NCBI GenBank assembly: GCA_951406725.2
Contig: OX597824.1
Location: 71,610,001 to 71,674,000, forward strand
Direction: 5' to 3'
DNA length: 64,000 nt
Origin: Octopus vulgaris
Taxonomy: Eukaryota
A model generated the notes under the pieces. The model saw only the letters and a program-made list of their open reading frames with translations. It was not told where the DNA came from and did not search any database. A program made the translations under genes and the position numbers. This document shows positions 1 to 12,600 of the stretch, piece by piece. Each line of letters starts with the position of its first letter. Position 1 is the first letter of the stretch.

Positions 1-207
1 CAATCACATAGTAATTTCCCTTTAACGATCATTTTCATAGCATTTTTTGATTGCCTTGATAACTGACGAGATGCTGGAGCAGATTTCTGCTCCAACATCC
101 GAAACTCGGAGTTTTATTATGGCAACCGAATAATTGTCACATATTATATTACAGATACACACACACACACATGTATGTATATGTGTATATATATATACAC
201 ATATATA

Positions 208-1088
208 TTTGCCGACGATATCAAACTGGTCGCTCCTCGCGGTAATATAGAGGATCTTCGTCGATGCCTCCACCAAATTTGGAAGTGGTCTAACAATTGG
301 GACCTGTGTCTGAACGTGTCAAAGTGCTGTCATCTGCCTGTCGGCTCTACTCCTGCAACTCAACTTGATTTCGAGCCGGGTCGTCTGCTGCTGGAGAGGG
401 CCGATCAGGTAAAGGACCTAGGTATCTTGGTGGATTCCTCCTTTTCGCCTTCGGCCCAGTGCGTCCATGCTGCCAACAAAGCACGCAGAATTCTGTTCTT
501 GATTCGACGGTCATTCGGAATGCTCACAGCAGCCATATTCTTACCACTCTATGTCACGCTGGTGAGACCCATATTGGAGTATGGGATTCAAGCCTCTTCT
601 CCTTATCTCCTCAAAGACATACAGCATCTCGAAAGAGTCCAGAAGCTGGCTACCCGCATGGTTCATGGTCTCAAAAATTTGTCCTACGAAGAAAGGCTGA
701 GGACGCTCGACCTTTATTCTCTTGAAAAACGCCACCGCCGTGGTGATCTCATTCTCGCCCACAACATCATAAGCGGAAAGTGTAACCTCTCGAAAGAGCT
801 GTTCTTCACTCCTGCTCCAGAGCGTCGGCTGCGGGGTCATTCCGAAAAGCTCTACCTGCGACGATTTCATCTCAATCGAAGGAGAGGAGCTTTCTCCGTC
901 CGGGTTGCAGATCCGTGGAACAAGCTGCCAGACGAGATGGTGAAGATGCCGACGACCGCTTTGTTCAAAGCCTCCCTTGACCTCAAGTGGCCTGAACTCT
1001 TTACATGAACACCACCCTGTACTTAACTCCATGTCCCCCTACATGGCCTTGCTATTTGCTTTTGAGCCAAATTAACTAACTAACTAAC
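208..1088 (+). mobile_element. 5'-truncated CR1-like LINE (C-terminal part of RT, 3' UTR, (AACT)n tail)
   Basis: ORF 175..1008 has FADDIKL, VKDLGI, LYVTLVRPILEY, LERVQKLATRMV, RGDLI, RLRGH; GC-richer than flanks; flanked by TA repeats. Confidence 0.9.
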
Positions 1089-1097
1089 ATATATATA

Positions 1098-2098
1098 TCT
1101 CTTATTATAAAAGGCAGATTTTATCTGCCTCCCTTTGTAATTTATAGAAATCTACAATATAGGATTTCTTCAATTACAATTTACTTAGCATTTTTAAGAG
1201 TAGAATGCATCGGGTCATGCCAGGTCCGGTTTTTAAAATTTCAACCCCAATTAAGCAAAATTTAGAGAAAACTCACATTCTGGTGTATATGTCAAATGTT
1301 TTTCTTAATGTGGGATACACCACACGCAAACGCACACACACACAAAGGGAGCGACTGTTTCACTGACGCTATCACCCTTCTCCTCCTTTGTCTTTGCAAG
1401 TTTGCAGCTATTAAAGTGAAAACAATGAATCCGACAGCGATTAAGAAAATGAATTGGTACCTGAATGGAGTGAAAATTTAAAAAAGTTATAGTTGTTTAA
1501 TGAAACCAGACTAAATTTATGATTACGTTAGAAATTAATTGAAACACATAAGGGGTGTAATTTGGTCAGAAATATAGTAACGAAAGGGTTAAGAAAAACA
1601 AAAAAATATTTTATTCTTTATAAATGTTGTATTCAAAATAACATTTTCTTTTAAGAATGTGTATATAACAAAGTATGTGTATATAACTACGTGACTTATA
1701 TCTTTATATATAAGAGTGAAGTTGTGTGTCTGTCTCCTACGATTTAGATTCGTAACGACTCCCACATTTTGCGGTGCAGTGTAACCCAAAACCGGGTATC
1801 TTATAGTCGTGATTCATATTGAGCCCTTCTGGGTATTAGCACGCGTCTACGATGAGTCTACGATTTAAAAAAATTTACCATCATATTTTTCCATTTTAAT
1901 GCATTTTTTTTGCTATTATGTAAGGGAAGTAACTCTCTAAAAATATCTACGATGTGTCAACGATTTAAAATGAAATTTACCTTAATTTTTTTTCCATTTT
2001 TAATGCATTTTTTTCCTATTTTTTGGCTATAACTCTCTAAAAATGCTTATATAGTTATTTCCCTTACAAACCCGAGCAACGCCGGGCGATACTGCTAG
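1098..2098 (+). mobile_element. Non-autonomous Helitron (composite)
   Basis: A|TC 5' end at 1098; 3' hairpin cccgagcaacgccggg then CTAG|T at 2095-2099; second 5'-like end TCTTTATATATAAGAGTGAAG at 1701; ~100-bp internal tandem duplication near 1846-2044. Confidence 0.75.
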
Positions 2099-2234
2099 TA
2101 TATATATAAAATGTATCCACCACATACTATTGGGCTAGTGTTAAATTGTTTAAATAAAAGAAAAAGAAAATTGTTTGGAGATCCAACCATCTTCCAAAAT
2201 AATAATTTTATATTTTTTTTCTTTGTCTTTTCAG

Positions 2235-2270
2235 GTCTTTACTGTAACTCTACCAGAAAGTATAACAGAG
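2235..2270 (+). CDS. RPS6KC1: RPS6KC1 36-nt exon, PX domain ([12 protein letters not shown])
   Basis: Pyrimidine tract then ttcag|GTC...GAG|gtcagt; phase 0-0; fits just before the WKRY exon. Confidence 0.75.
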
Positions 2271-5200
2271 GTCAGTCAGATTGTTTTAATGATGATGATG
2301 ATGATTATGAGGGTTGCCCTATATAGAAATGAGGTTTAAATATTTTAGAGCGAGGAGAAAAAATTGTATGGTTGTAGCATTTAAATTATTCCTTGGGACA
2401 ATAGCTACGTGTATAGAATGTTGTATTTTATGTTAATGAAAATGCAGACTGCGATGATGATGTTTTCTGACATTGGCACTGAGCCACACAATTTTTGGAG
2501 ATGGAGTACAGATAATAAAGTCAACCTTGATACATGACTGAGGTTGATCTTTTAGCTCTAGAGTGATGGAAGGATAAGTTGATTCTGGCAGCATTTATGT
2601 TTGAAATGCCAAGAGATAATTCAAAATACGAGGTTTGAAATAGTTTGATGCCATTTGCTAGAATATTAGCAATGTATGTTAAAAAGAGAAATAAAATCAA
2701 CGAAAGATTTAATTTTTGCAAAAAAAACAAAAAAAACTTAGCACAATGCCAACTTCACAACAGTAACGATAATTATTCTCAAATAAGTACTGTTTGTGAT
2801 TCAGTGTGTATATCCCAATTGTAGACTAGGTACACCATATCCCTGCATGTTGTAAGAGGTGATTTAAAAGGGTTGGCAAACAGGAAGGGCAGCTAGCCAT
2901 AAAACATTGCTTCAGTTAGTGAAACATAAGTACAATTCAGAATGAAAAAGACTTATGGTGCGGAATCCACTAGGCTAACACTTTTAATATTAACCTACCT
3001 GCAACTGGCTCTGGTTCTATATAAACTTAATTTTTTTAAGTGATCTAAATTAAAATCTCTCAAAACTCCATGCTAATTTGTTTCCAACCAACTGATGGAA
3101 AAAATTTTTTTTACCTAATACTTCATAATTTTCAAAATTGAAACAAAAGCAGTGTTTTTCAACAGAAATGTGGTAACAAAAGGGTTCATTATAATCTCGG
3201 ATTTGAGATAGGAAAGTGTAAGAGAGTTTAGTGATAAATTTACATAGTATCTGTCATTTTCTGAATAACTCCATGACTAATTAGACTCCTTATTATATAC
3301 TATAAATCGCTTCTGATATTTTAATATTTACCAGATAATTGTCAGTCACTTAATGCTAGCAGGATAGGTTATTCTATGAAGAATGTCTAACAGTCAGCTG
3401 AATTTACCCAAGCAGCAGTTGTATTCTGATAGAGTCCATCATGCTTACCTCTGCTTCCCTCCCACACACACACATAGCCTACAGACTGGACAGTGGAGGG
3501 AGTATATGTCACGAGTAGCCACACTGCATATCAAAATGTGCTGTATGATTCTCAGCTAGGCAGACATGGTATATCTGGAACCAGAGATCTCTGGGTTGTG
3601 TTGTGGTTTGGTTGAAATGGTCCATTAAATTGACCATTGAAGTTAAAGCTGACATCAGTAATCTGGAACATTAAGAACTGTTAATAGATTTTGCAAAGCA
3701 TTTTATCAAGCACCATACTAATTCTGTCAGTCAAAGTACAAATATAGTTTTATAGTTATTCTTTTACTTGTTTTAGTCATTTGACTGTGGCCATGCTGAA
3801 GCACTGCCTTAAAGGGTTTTAGTTGAAGAAATTGACCCCAGGACTTATTCTTTGTAGGCCTAGTACTTGTTCTATCGGTCTCTTTTGCCGAACAGCTAAG
3901 TTAAATATCAGGGGCATATATTCTGGGTGTGCCAGGTGTGTGCTGCACACCCATCAAAAATGACAAATTCATTATAGATATTAACTTTACTCATTAATTT
4001 AATCACATATCTTAATGGAAACCTTTTGTTATACACCTGCTTGAAATTTGGTGGTATTGGGTGTGGCAGCATGCACAATACCTCAACCACCATATGTTGC
4101 ACTCCTACCACACATGCATGTGAATGCATTATTCAGTTTGTTCTTCCATTTATGAAAAGTGGAAAAGTAGAAGAACCATTAACACATCAGCTGGAATGCT
4201 TTGCAGTAATTATACTGATCTGTACTTTGAGTTCATATCTTGGAAAGATTGTCCTCTGCCTTTCGTCCTTTCAGTATTGATATAAAAAAGATGTATCAGG
4301 CCAGATGCCTTGCAGTATTTTTGATGGCTTTTTGTGTTCTGAGATCAAATCCCACCATGGCCTATTTGGATGAGAGATTTAATCTGTTGCCCAGTTTAAC
4401 ACATACACCTTAACCTTTTTGATACTGATCTGATCGAGACTCATCCTGATTCTTTGCTACAAGCTTTCTGTTTTAATGTGGTCTGTATTAAAACTTTCCA
4501 TCAAAATTTCATGTTGTGTTCCAAACACCAACTTAATAATGAATTATTTTATTTAATTTGTTATTTTCAAAACAAATCAGAACTCACAAAATATATTGCC
4601 ACAGGAATTTGGTAACAAAAGTGTTAGATGTCTTTAGCCATGTTCACTCTGTTGCAAGCAGTCAGAGCAAATCTATAGTTTGAGGATACATTCTTCCCTC
4701 TCTTTCACCAGTCATAGAACCTCCAGAAAAAGGGTTCATTAAAAGAAAATGTCTTTGAAGGAAACTGCTACTAGTTGTAGGTTGAGCTGTTGTTTAGAGA
4801 GAGGCTACCTCATTGGCTCATCTGGTTGAAATATCACACCAAAATGTATTCAGAGGGATAAGCCCTTTTTCTCAAATATAGACTACCCTCGTATTTTCTT
4901 ATTAAAAAATAAGTTAGACTTTTTAAGGACTCAGACAACTCTTTTTTTTTTTAAGAAGTATGCAATGTAATTCTGCATTATCCCTGTTATAAAATTATGG
5001 AAAATAGCTATCAACTTGTGGATAAATTACCTGTTCTGGATTAGTATCCAATCCTGTTCTGTACTGTCATCTGTTTAACACAACAGAAGCTAGAAAAGAG
5101 TATCAGTCATATTAATACCCATGGTATAAAAAAAGATGAACTTCTATTCAGGAGTTGATTGGTCTTTATCTTTATTTCTTGTTTATTTTTAATTGTTATT

Positions 5201-8200
5201 TCTTGTTATTCATTCATTGCATGTTGTTGCATTTTTCTAACGTTTTCTGAAAAAATACAAAAAAAAAAAATTAAATCTGGTTGTGTATTTTATGAACTTA
5301 CTATCATTCCTATTGTATATTTTATGAACCCACTGTTATTCTTCTAAATATAAATATATATATATATATACACACACACACATATGTGTGAGTATGTGTA
5401 TATGCATGTATGTATGCATGCCCTTGCTTCTAAAATTCTTGTACTTTCCAAAATTTGTACAGGTATGGTTTAGCAAATCTGTAGAAGAAAATGTGCATGC
5501 TAATATTACTAATGAAAATAATAAAAATAATATTGCATTTACTAATTATGATATTGACTATTATAATGAGTTAGAAAAGTCTGATGAGGAAGGAGAGTTG
5601 ACAGGAATGATGATGATAAGTAGGAAGAGAAAAGGAGTGAGAGTGAGATAGGTGTATTAAACCATCATAACTGAAACAAAAGTTTTAAGGGTAGATTCCT
5701 TTTCTTCAGTGTATCCACCACCATTATCAGCCAGATGTGATGAGAGAAGCAGATGGGGATAAATATAGACCTTTTCTTTTAAATGATTTGCAGAGGTTTT
5801 TTTTTTTTATCAAGTTCTCTGACACATCAACATTATGTAAGCTATATCTCTCTAAGGCTATCCATTATCATCATAGTCTCGACTGGCTCAGTTGATAGGG
5901 TGTCAGACTGTTTGGTGATCAGATGACAGATTGCATTCTCTTGTTATTGTTGCACTTGTTCATGATCTGCCATTCTTTCCACTCTCACTAATGAGTCTGT
6001 CTAATTGTAAATAAAAGCAGATCACCTGTATACAGCTAGCAATATCATTATCATCATGATTTTATATCCGTCTTCCATGCTGGCATGGGTTGGACAAACC
6101 AAAGGACTGTGCCAAGCTCCAATGTCTGCTTTCGCATGATTTCAATGGCTAGATTCCCTTCCTAATACGAACTTCTTTACTGGATGTACATGGTACTAGT
6201 GAGGTCACCAATTAACTCACAAGTTTCTAACTTGTTGGTTTTGTAAGTATAATCAAATGTACTGCTCTCAGTATAGGACTAGCTCTTTGTTTATTAACAC
6301 TGATATCATTGGAATTCAAAATATAAAAGTAATGAAATGTAGTCAGGCATTTAGTCTGTTACATTACGACTTCTGTCAGTAGTAATTAATGAGTTTTATT
6401 CAGTGCCATGTACAAATCATTGTAAGAATCTCAGGCTATGATAGAAGTGCTCATAGTTTAGTCCTGATTAAATTATTTAACATCTCTAAGCAAATACAAT
6501 AACAAAAATTTTGTTTCTAACTTGACTTAATTAATTTGACACAAACAGTGCAAGTAAGAGTGTGTGTGTGTGTGTGTGTTACAGCATTATTTTTAATAAA
6601 ATCTGGTGAGCTACATCTTTTTCTACTAAGAGACACCTTATCTATAACAGATTCTTTACTAATCCTATAATCCTGAATTACTTTTGTGCATGCAGTATTC
6701 TGGCTTGTGTATTGTCTGCATTTCTAAATTATATTCACTAAACAAACAGCAATGGGTGATTTGGGTCTTTTTAAAGACTATCAATTTACAAAGGTCAGCT
6801 GCTATTTAGAGTGGTCAAAAAAAAAAACAATGAACAAAAATAAGATTGGGAATTCAAATATAATTTCTAGTAATAGGACATTGCCATAAATCCAAATCTC
6901 TAAGGTTAACATTGTCTCAGTAATCACACAACAGATTTTGGTATATTCTTTCACAAGATAAAGGATCACACATTGACACTACAATAAGAGTTTTGGGACT
7001 TTTTTTTTTATTTGTTATGAAGAAAAGGAATGGTGCCCAAAAACCTTTTAAAAAGTTTTATCACACACAAGTTAAAAATACATGAATGAAGCCAATGTGT
7101 AACATGAAAGTTTGTGGAGAAACCTTGACAGAAAGGCAGTTTTACACAGGAATATAATTTGAAGCAGAAAATATTAAGGAGAGTGTTTAATTTGAGCTCT
7201 GATAGTTAACAGTGGATGTGTGACAGGAAAAGAGATGGATGCATTATATGGGTCTAGATAGAGGCAGTAGTGATTGAGAAGTTATGGGAGAGTCCTCAAC
7301 TAAAACCAGTTGCTAGAAAGTGTTGGTAAATGAAGGTTTACTTCTTTAAAAAAAGTCCTTTATTTAAGTAGTCCAGAATATTTTTGTGCATTTTAAATGC
7401 ACTAACTCAGATGTCTGATCAGTGTGAGGAATTGGTTTTGCCAAGAAAACATATTAGTTATCTTCAGATTATGACTATTAACAAATAACTGTTTATTTTA
7501 GAAACAAAGACACTGTGATTAAAAATTTTTTGTTTGTTCCATGACTAGCAGTATAGCCCAGCGTTGCTCGGGCTTGTTTTCTTTTCGACCCTTTAGAATT
7601 GGAGTTTTTGAAAAGTAAAAATTTTGCATTATGTAGCTTGTTATTCCCTTTAAGTGAACATTTTTCTGGTTGAAATACACCGTAAAATGGCGACACAGTA
7701 GTAAAAAAAATCGTAAAAAATAGGGATTTTCATAGAAAAAAATCACCTTTTTGATGTAAATAATTTTTGGTGTTAACATGGTCCGATTTGAATTTTTCCT
7801 TCTACGGAAGGAAGAGCAAGCCTTCTTCTATCATACTCTCAATTTTGGTCAACTTGCACCGCAGGGTCTCAGTGGAGATAGTGTTAGTTGAAGGCTACCA
7901 AACCTGCCATACACAGACAACTTCAGCTTTATATATATAGATTAGTCAACAAAGGTGTAAGTTATTATATGGCCATAAACCTATTCAGTGCTATAGCTAA
8001 AACTTTTTACAACAAAATACATACCTTTAAACTTCTACCTCATAATTCATAACTGGCTTTTTCATTCATTGTTATGTATATTTAGCAGAATCTTTATGTG
8101 TGTATTTGCATTCTAAGTTGAAATCCTGCTGTGATCTACTTGGGTGGTTGACTTAATATGTCATACCATCATCTACCACCTCGGATGCTCTTAGTATAGT

Positions 8201-9594
8201 CCACTCTGTTGTATGCATTTTTGTTTGGCCTCCAGTTTGAGGATACCTTCCTTCCTACCTTCCCTTCTGATGAAAAGATATTAAAAATAAAATGGTTTTA
8301 TTATAACAATTGCAGCATGGAAGGTGTTTATATGCCATTTAAGAAACACACAAAAACCATTAGATTTACTTCAACATTTAAATTTAATTTGTCAAAATAT
8401 TTTTGTCGCTTTGAGACTACGACCTGTTCACTGACAAAATTCTGTGCTGCATCTGATGACAAATTAAATTTAAATGTTGAAGTGAATCTAACGGTTTTTG
8501 TGTGTTCCTTAAATGGCTTATAAACACACTCCACGCTGCAATTGTTTTCGTTGCAGCGCATGATCTCAGATCAGGTCACTTGCTATGCAAGTACATCTCC
8601 GTAATTCCGAACGGTTTTATTATAAAATCTCACAAACAACATAAGGGGACAGCAAATAACTCCATGATATATATTGTATATTTCTTTCCCTCTTTCTTCT
8701 TATTTGAAGACTGTTGTTTAAATTACATATTCAGTACTCACTGTGCGAGAACAACATTAGGGAGCTACTACATGATTACTTACTATGCTAGAAATACCAG
8801 CACAAATCTTCAGATAAAATCCACTAGCTCAAACAACAAAGAACACACTGAATAATGCAGTGTTAGACACCCTTAGAAAGACAGGATGATCATGGCTTGA
8901 ATGTTATTGATTGTTGGTCTGCTTGGTCAGGGATGACCTATGGCTAACTAACAACAACATTAATGCTTTGTAGTGTATTGTTTGGACAATGTAGCTCTTT
9001 GATCTATTCAACGGCAACCAGTCTTAAGTCAGTACGTTACCACAGGATGGCTAGAAGTAGTTGTATTAACTGGAGCAAGGATACAGTATAATTAAGGGGT
9101 AAACATATTTAATTTACAGTGCTGAATTTCAGCTCTGCTATTGACCCTGGAAGTAGCTCTAGTAATTGTACCTTCACTCACTGTGTGCAGTCCTTGCTAC
9201 AATCATTACTGCCTTGAGTAAATGAGTCTGAAATTTGTGAGTCATTGAACATATAGGTATTTTCAAATATGTTTACTTTATTCAACACTTATCACTTGTT
9301 TTTCTTTTTGTTTTTTTTTAACCTCACATTAAGCTTGATCCAGCAGACCTATAATCAAAGATATTCTAGTACTGGTCATCTTTTTTTTTTTTTTTTACCA
9401 GGTGGTGCATTGTATTCATCAGCAAAATACTAAAGCTTTTCATTTCATGTTACTCCAGTCCATGTGGCCGTAAATGAGATTCAGTAATGGCTCGGAAGTT
9501 AACTCTGCATTCGACTGGCTTCCCATTCATGAAATAGTGTTGTAATCTCACTCACTTAAACACTATGGTAACTGGGTTAAACTCCAGCATTTTG

Positions 9595-9632
<38 letters not shown>

Positions 9633-12600
9633 GGTAATGAAGTGGTAAATCGTTAGCATACTGGACAAAATGTTTAGCAGTATTTCTTCTAGCTTTACAA
9701 ACTGAGTTAAAATTCTGCCAAGTTGACTTTAGCCTTCATCCATTTGAGGTCGATGAAATAAGTACCAGTTGAGCACTGATGTTGATGTAATTGACTATAC
9801 CCTTCCCACCAAACCTGCTGGCCTTGTGCCCAAATTTGAAACTATTATTATTTGTTAGGATGATAGACTGACAGTCATTAAAGCATGAGACAAAATACCA
9901 TGAGGTATTTCTTGTGGCTCTCTACATTCTAGTTTCAAATACTACTGAAGCCAACTTCACTTTCATCCTTTTGGGATCAATAGCATAAGTACCAGTCAAG
10001 TATTGGGGTTGATGGTATGGACTAATCCCTTTCTCTCAAAATTGCTGGCCATGTGCATAAATTATCATTTAGGGCGGTGGATTGACAATTATAATGGAAC
10101 CAAAAAAGGTGCTTTACAGCATTTGTTTTGGCTCTTTACTGTCAGAATTCAAATTCCATTGAGGTCAACTTCGTCTTTCATTTCTCTGAGGTTGATAAAA
10201 TAAGTACAAGTTGAGCACCAGGGTTGATGTAATCAACTATCAAACCCCCTCAAAATTTCAGGTCTTGTGCCTATAGTAGAAGAATTGTTAGGGCCCTGCT
10301 ATATTTGTTTCAGCTGCTTATGTTCTGAGTTCAAATCAAAGGTTAGCTTTGCTTTTCATCCATGTGAGGTTGATAAACTAAAAGTACTAGAATCAGTTTA
10401 GCCAATAATCCTTTCTCCTAAAATTTGAGGCCTTATGCCTAAATTAGTTATTAAGGTTGTTGGATTGGCAAAATTGTTAGACAGTCAGATAAAATACCTC
10501 AATGTACTTGCTCCAGCTTTTTATTATGTTCTGAGTTCAAACCCCACTGAGATCAGCTTTGCCATTCATCGCTCCTGAGACAATGAAATGCCATGCAAGT
10601 ACAGGGCTCGATAGAACTGACTGCTCCCCTATGTCTAAATTAGAAACAAGTATTATTATGTATGATTGCACAGTTGTCAAGAGAGCAAAAGATGTATAGT
10701 TTGATTCCTGCCAGTTTGTTCATTGATATTTTTCACTTTTGAAATACTGCCTCTATTATCGGCCCTAAACACCACTCTATAACAAGTTCTCTCTCTCTCT
10801 CATATACACACACATGCACAGATATATTTTTTAAACAAGCCACAATGTGTCTTGTTAGTACATTAGTATCATTAAGTTTTAACTCAGTATTACTCTTTTA
10901 CTCTTTTACTTGTTTCAGTCATTTGACTTCGGCCATGCTGGAGCACCGCCTTTAGTCGAGCAAATCGACCCCGGAACTTATTCTTTTTTGTAAGCCCAGT
11001 ACTTAGTCTATCGGTCTCTTTTGCCGAACCGCTAAGTATTGTCAAAGTTTTTTTTTTTACTGGGAGCCTTGTGAGGTCAAATAGTCCACATATAATATTT
11101 TGGGAATCTGTGGTTAAAAGCACCTTCTTTGTGTGTGTGTGTATGTATGTATGTATATATGTGTGTGTGCATGCATGCTACTGAATGAAATCAAATCTCA
11201 CCCATTGACCCCACCAACATTGGAACACTTGCAATGGTCATGGACACAGGCCCTTCCTCCTGACTAAAACATCAAAAAACAAAACAAGTTTTAACAGTGG
11301 AGGAACTAATATGTCTATGAAATACTGAATAATATAATTATCGTCATTATTGTCATTGTTTAGCTGGGTGACTCTGATCAAACAGACCTATAATCAGAAG
11401 GTATTCTAGACATGACTATTACATCTGTTTAGGATTATGTACAACTACATTATCAAATGTATCTTTTCTTTTCTAAGTATGGTAATTTGTTATTTGGTCA
11501 CTATTTCCAGCTGTTAGAGCAGCCATATGGTGCCAGCTCATTGGCTTATGCAATAATTATTTTAAGACAAAGTAAGTGAAAGTTATCTTAGAATGATCTT
11601 CCTATTAATTGGCATATTATTTATCAATAAGGAAAGTATATCAAAAGGGTTTGTGATTAAATCCTCTACAGTTGTTTTGTGGGGTATTTAGAATGTTAAC
11701 TTAGTTTCACTAAGTCTGTTAACTTGGATGTTTAGGGATCAGTACCAGATAATTTTGGAATATTATTTGTGATAAACTCCTACCCAGGAGGAGACTAATA
11801 AGTCTAATAAAATATCTTATCTATTTCACATTTTGAAACTGGAGCTGTGCATTGATTTATATGTGAGAGTCACATAGGATGATTTGAGTAACTTCTTGTC
11901 CATCTGGTTCATTACTACTGAGTTAAGTGAAGTCTGCTGAATCATTTTATGTTCAGGGTGACTTTTGAAGTGTTTACTCTGATCTAAACATTCAAACTAG
12001 AGCCATGTTTTCAAGTTAAGTATCAACTGCACCGGTCTCAAATGTTTCAAGGGGCTTGCAAAGACCATGGGAACTGCCCCTTTTATCCTGACAACCTTAT
12101 TAAAAAAATATTTACGAAGACCAACAACATTTTAGCCCTTGCAGATGGATTTTCCAGAATCTTTCTATAACATTTTTCCTCCTGGTTAGACCATTACATT
12201 TCTGGTTATATCAACCCTACATAAGTTGCCTTTTTCAAAGTTATTTTAGTCCTCTTTACTTAGATTGAGGGTCTTCTAGAACTTTAAAATATTTTAGAAA
12301 CATCAATGCCCAGCTAACAACATACTTAAAAAATTGAGGATATCACTGAAGTGTGTTGGTGTTTTGTTAAGTAAACTGATCAATATATTCAGAATGTCAG
12401 CCATTTAGCATGTTAGCATGCCACAGACACCCAGCTATGTCTGATCTTCTTTCTCTTTTACTGCTGCTTAAATAATGTTTAATCAATCAAGTCTCTTTTA
12501 GTGTGTCTCCTTACATATTTACTTCCTACTAGAACATGTCAAGAATCTCGCCCAGTCTCTTCAACTTGTTTTCTTAACGTCTTCCTTTTCTTTCCTTCCT

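Noticed and set aside
175-207. Start of the 277-aa ORF (MYMCIYIYTYI)
   Set aside because: Translated TA/TG microsatellite; the LINE is truncated and has no native start
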